From positions 256,001 to 320,000 of the forward strand of contig CAWDLW010000015.1 in the NCBI GenBank assembly GCA_963803145.1: a stretch of 64,000 nucleotides of DNA, given 5' to 3'. The position numbers and the translations under genes were made by a program. Positions 61,271-64,000 of this stretch are shown here, piece by piece (the first letter of the stretch is position 1; each line of letters starts with the position of its first letter). This DNA is from Methanotrichaceae archaeon (GTDB lineage: Archaea > Halobacteriota > Methanosarcinia > Methanotrichales > Methanotrichaceae). The notes beneath the pieces were generated by a model, which saw nothing but the letters and a program-made list of their open reading frames with translations, was not told where the DNA came from and did no database searches.

Positions 61271-62131
61271 TTATTTTGGAAGAGTACTATTAAGCTGTGT
61301 GGCGTTGGCTGCTGGAGTTACTGTGGGGGCTACTGCGGGGGTTACTGTCGAGGTAGCATTGCTGGGAAGCGTAACATTCCCGGCAGGCATCTCCTTGTTT
61401 GCAAAGTTGATACCCGTTATGTCCTTATCTGTCAGATTGACAGTATACTTGCCATCAGCTGGCGTAACTATAGCCCATCCCAGGGGCAGAACCTCAGAGA
61501 CAACATACGTTCCCGGGTTCAAATTGCTGAAGGCATAACTCCCGTTGTTGTTAGTCGTAGCATTAGAGATAACTGTGCCCGCAGGCTGCTCGAGGTTGAC
61601 CATCCAGCTGGCTAAGCCCACACCGCTTGTATCATTGGTTACTACGCCCATAATGGCGAATGTAGCTGGCGCAGGTGCTGCTTGTGATGCCGGTGCAGTT
61701 ACATTTTGTGGAACAGCTGTACTTGGCGCCTGGGTTTCGGTAGGTGCCTGGGTTACGGGCGCTGCTTGGGTGGTCGAAGCGGCATTCTTAGCTAGAGATC
61801 CAAGAGCTATAGTTCCGGGCGCTGTCTGCATGCCCTCAGGCGTTGCAGTTGCCCCAGATGCCAGCTTAATGGAATATGGTGCTGCTGCTCCGAGCTTTAT
61901 CGAGTATGGAACATTAGTAACTGTGACCGCTGATGCCGGGGAGACCTCTGATGGTATCATGCCTGGAGTAATATTGTGGGCAGGCGCTCCCATGCTTATC
62001 GAATAATTGACTGGAGTCGACTGGATGGAATATGTCTGGTTAGCCCCTGACTGAATAGTGTACCCCATCACAGGCGATAGAACAATTGCCGCAAACATAA
62101 CAGCTGCGATAATAGCCAAAACTTTTCTCAT
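61271..62131 (-). CDS. Secreted/cell-surface protein with SdrD-B/Cna-like beta-sandwich and Thr/Ala/Pro-rich linkers
   Basis: Signal peptide, AGGAGGT SD, TTNNNGSYAFSNLNPGTYVVSE motif, many N-x-S/T sequons. Confidence 0.8.
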   Translation of the reverse strand: MRKVLAIIAAVMFAAIVLSPVMGYTIQSGANQTYSIQSTPVNYSISMGAPAHNITPGMIPSEVSPASAVTVTNVPYSIKLGAAAPYSIKLASGATATPEGMQTAPGTIALGSLAKNAASTTQAAPVTQAPTETQAPSTAVPQNVTAPASQAAPAPATFAIMGVVTNDTSGVGLASWMVNLEQPAGTVISNATTNNNGSYAFSNLNPGTYVVSEVLPLGWAIVTPADGKYTVNLTDKDITGINFANKEMPAGNVTLPSNATSTVTPAVAPTVTPAANATQLNSTLPK

Positions 62132-62286
62132 TGTAAATTACCTCCTATTAATCTAGTGCATCGCATTTATGACTATAGCTTGGGCATCCTCCCATTTGAG
62201 AAGAATTCACCACTTGTCTAGTTATTCTCTATATATATAGACTTTCGTGGTGCAAGGAATTTAATGTTAGGCATTAAATAATGCGC

Positions 62287-63156
62287 TTATATCGATCGAA
62301 TTAAATGAGATCCATCGCATGATACTTTTCGCTGACTGATCAATCCCTCCCTACAGGCAGCAAAGCTCATACCCTCATTAGTGGCTGCCATCTCCATATC
62401 ATGCATTATGCTCTGCCTCAGCTCCCTAGGCAAGTAAAGGCTTCCTCCAATCCGCTCTCCATTCTTAAACAGGTCCTTAAGAGCCTCTGCCTCAATAGGA
62501 AAAGCAGTGGACAGCCTTTTCATGCTATCGGGCCTGGCCTTATAGGTTGAAGAGGTAATGTGCTGAGCCCCGGCGTTAAATGCCTCGGAGACAACATCAT
62601 TAAGCTCCAAATCGTTTATGCCGGGTATGATCGGGTCTACTCTGACGGATACTGGTATTCCATTATCGCTCAGCCTTCTGATTGCCTGAAGCCGCTTGCC
62701 TGGTAAGGGCGCACCTGGTTCGATCTTTCTGGATAGTGTGTCCTTTAGAGTAGTAATTGTAATATTGACAACAGATCTCATGCCCGAAAGCAGATCGATA
62801 TCTTTGCAAACCGTATCGGATTTTGTCACCACTTGAACAGCCATGCATCCAGATCTCAGAACCTGAAGGCAGCCACTTGTAAGCCCAAAATCTTTTTCGG
62901 CTGGTTGATAAGGATCTGTGCTGCCTGATATGGTTATGAGAGTTCCTGGAGCTATTTTGGAGATATCGCGCTCTGGCTGTCTCAATAGGTCCTTCTTTGG
63001 CCTGCACTCGGAAAACCTGGGTATATACGACGATGCATAGCAGTAAAGACAACCGTGTGAGCATCCCGTATAAGGATTCAGACTCAGCTTTGAGGGACAA
63101 GTACAGAGTTGATTCTTCCACGGATCGAATGGCTTGAGGACTGCCATTTTAGTCAA
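62287..63156 (-). CDS. Radical SAM protein, SplB/spore-photoproduct-lyase-like family
   Basis: LNPYTGCSHGCLYCYA, STDPYQPAE, VVTKS, IEPGAP, DPIIPGIND. Confidence 0.88.
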   Translation of the reverse strand: MTKMAVLKPFDPWKNQLCTCPSKLSLNPYTGCSHGCLYCYASSYIPRFSECRPKKDLLRQPERDISKIAPGTLITISGSTDPYQPAEKDFGLTSGCLQVLRSGCMAVQVVTKSDTVCKDIDLLSGMRSVVNITITTLKDTLSRKIEPGAPLPGKRLQAIRRLSDNGIPVSVRVDPIIPGINDLELNDVVSEAFNAGAQHITSSTYKARPDSMKRLSTAFPIEAEALKDLFKNGERIGGSLYLPRELRQSIMHDMEMAATNEGMSFAACREGLISQRKVSCDGSHLIRSI

Positions 63157-63995
63157 ACTATTTCCTCTGCAGAGGTTATTCCCTCAAATGGAAATGCCTT
63201 TGGAGCTCCAAACAATGATATCATACGCTGTCGCCGCTCAGCATAGCCATTTCCAGTCATATCCTCCCCATCGATATAGAGCAGATCGGATACCACGAGC
63301 GCGGGGTTAATGCTGCTTCGCCTTGAGAAGTGCCTGCGGTTAATGTACCTAACGATCTCGCTCTGGTTCAGCATCCTGCCATCCTGAGAGCCTACAAGGA
63401 TCGATTCGGCAACGAAGTTATGCTTTATCTTAATGTCTCTGAACACGACCGCCAACGCTGGCGTTATATTCTTTAAACGTGCCGTATAGGCGTAGAATTT
63501 GTTCTCTAGGCCATGAATCTGTACTCTAAGCCCCGGATATTTTTGCAAATATGCGTTTCGGGACACTGTATCATCTTGCCTGAGCTGCAAGAGCCTTATG
63601 GGCCTTGGAGGTACTATTGTTATATTATCTAGCCTTCGATTTAAGGCAGCAACTGCTACCATTCCAGTATCTGGCATGAACGAGTATGCTTTTTCAACAG
63701 TTTCACGGCTATAGCCAAATGCTTCCGATATCGCAGAGATCATAGTCCTAGGTCCAAGCCCTATGATAGTGTTGCCCATAACAGCCCGTGAAATATATTT
63801 CCCCTCTAACGGTGATGCTTCTAGAAGAAGCCCTCGCAATATCGCAGCCTTTCTGTAATCGGATCCAGGTCCCGCCTGATCTGAAATGCGCAGAAGACCT
63901 TCGTAGACGGACATGCAGTCCATTGCATCTGAGCTGAGAAGCTTCTGCGATTTTCGCATCAAGGCAACCTCTGTAACCGCGCCTATTTCGCCCAT
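63153..63995 (-). CDS. Degenerate ATP-dependent DNA ligase-like protein (DBD + partial adenylation domain); may extend beyond window
   Basis: ASPLEGKYISR DBD motif, KYPGLRVQIH (cf. KYDGxRxQxH), SDLLYIDGED; stops after FEG, no OB domain. Confidence 0.7.
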   Translation of the reverse strand: MGEIGAVTEVALMRKSQKLLSSDAMDCMSVYEGLLRISDQAGPGSDYRKAAILRGLLLEASPLEGKYISRAVMGNTIIGLGPRTMISAISEAFGYSRETVEKAYSFMPDTGMVAVAALNRRLDNITIVPPRPIRLLQLRQDDTVSRNAYLQKYPGLRVQIHGLENKFYAYTARLKNITPALAVVFRDIKIKHNFVAESILVGSQDGRMLNQSEIVRYINRRHFSRRSSINPALVVSDLLYIDGEDMTGNGYAERRQRMISLFGAPKAFPFEGITSAEEIV

Positions 63996-64000
63996 GTTTT

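Overview
Chromosomal window from a methanogenic archaeon. It is Methanothrix/Methanotrichales-like by inference from the mcrB-D-G-A operon without mcrC and the overall gene content. Housekeeping genes: rpa-radA, smc-scpA-(IS630,IS1)-scpB, topA, pelota, and three tRNAs, including a tRNA-Asn with a 17-nt BHB intron. MCR-related genes: mcrBDGA, mmp10 and atwA/component A2. Other content: a magnesium-homeostasis locus (NRAMP-related transporter, small membrane protein, cytosolic MgtE-type CBS protein, Lrp/AsnC, corA), an ~18-kb metal/Fe-S/redox cluster, an AT-rich DUF2188-flanked islet, five IS elements with recognisable ends (3x IS1, IS630, IS481) and an IS200/IS605 right-end remnant. The most interesting signals lie below the ORF-track cutoff. 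(i) A 59-codon upstream ORF (acidic patch + EYLWVQQPRP) fills the structured leader of the Mg2+-transporter operon and is a candidate archaeal Mg2+-sensing leader peptide. (ii) A 37-aa His/Cys-rich Hpn-like metal-storage peptide with a perfect SD sits divergent from a CDF-NifX-atwA gene string. Family assignments come from motif recognition by eye; no searches were run.
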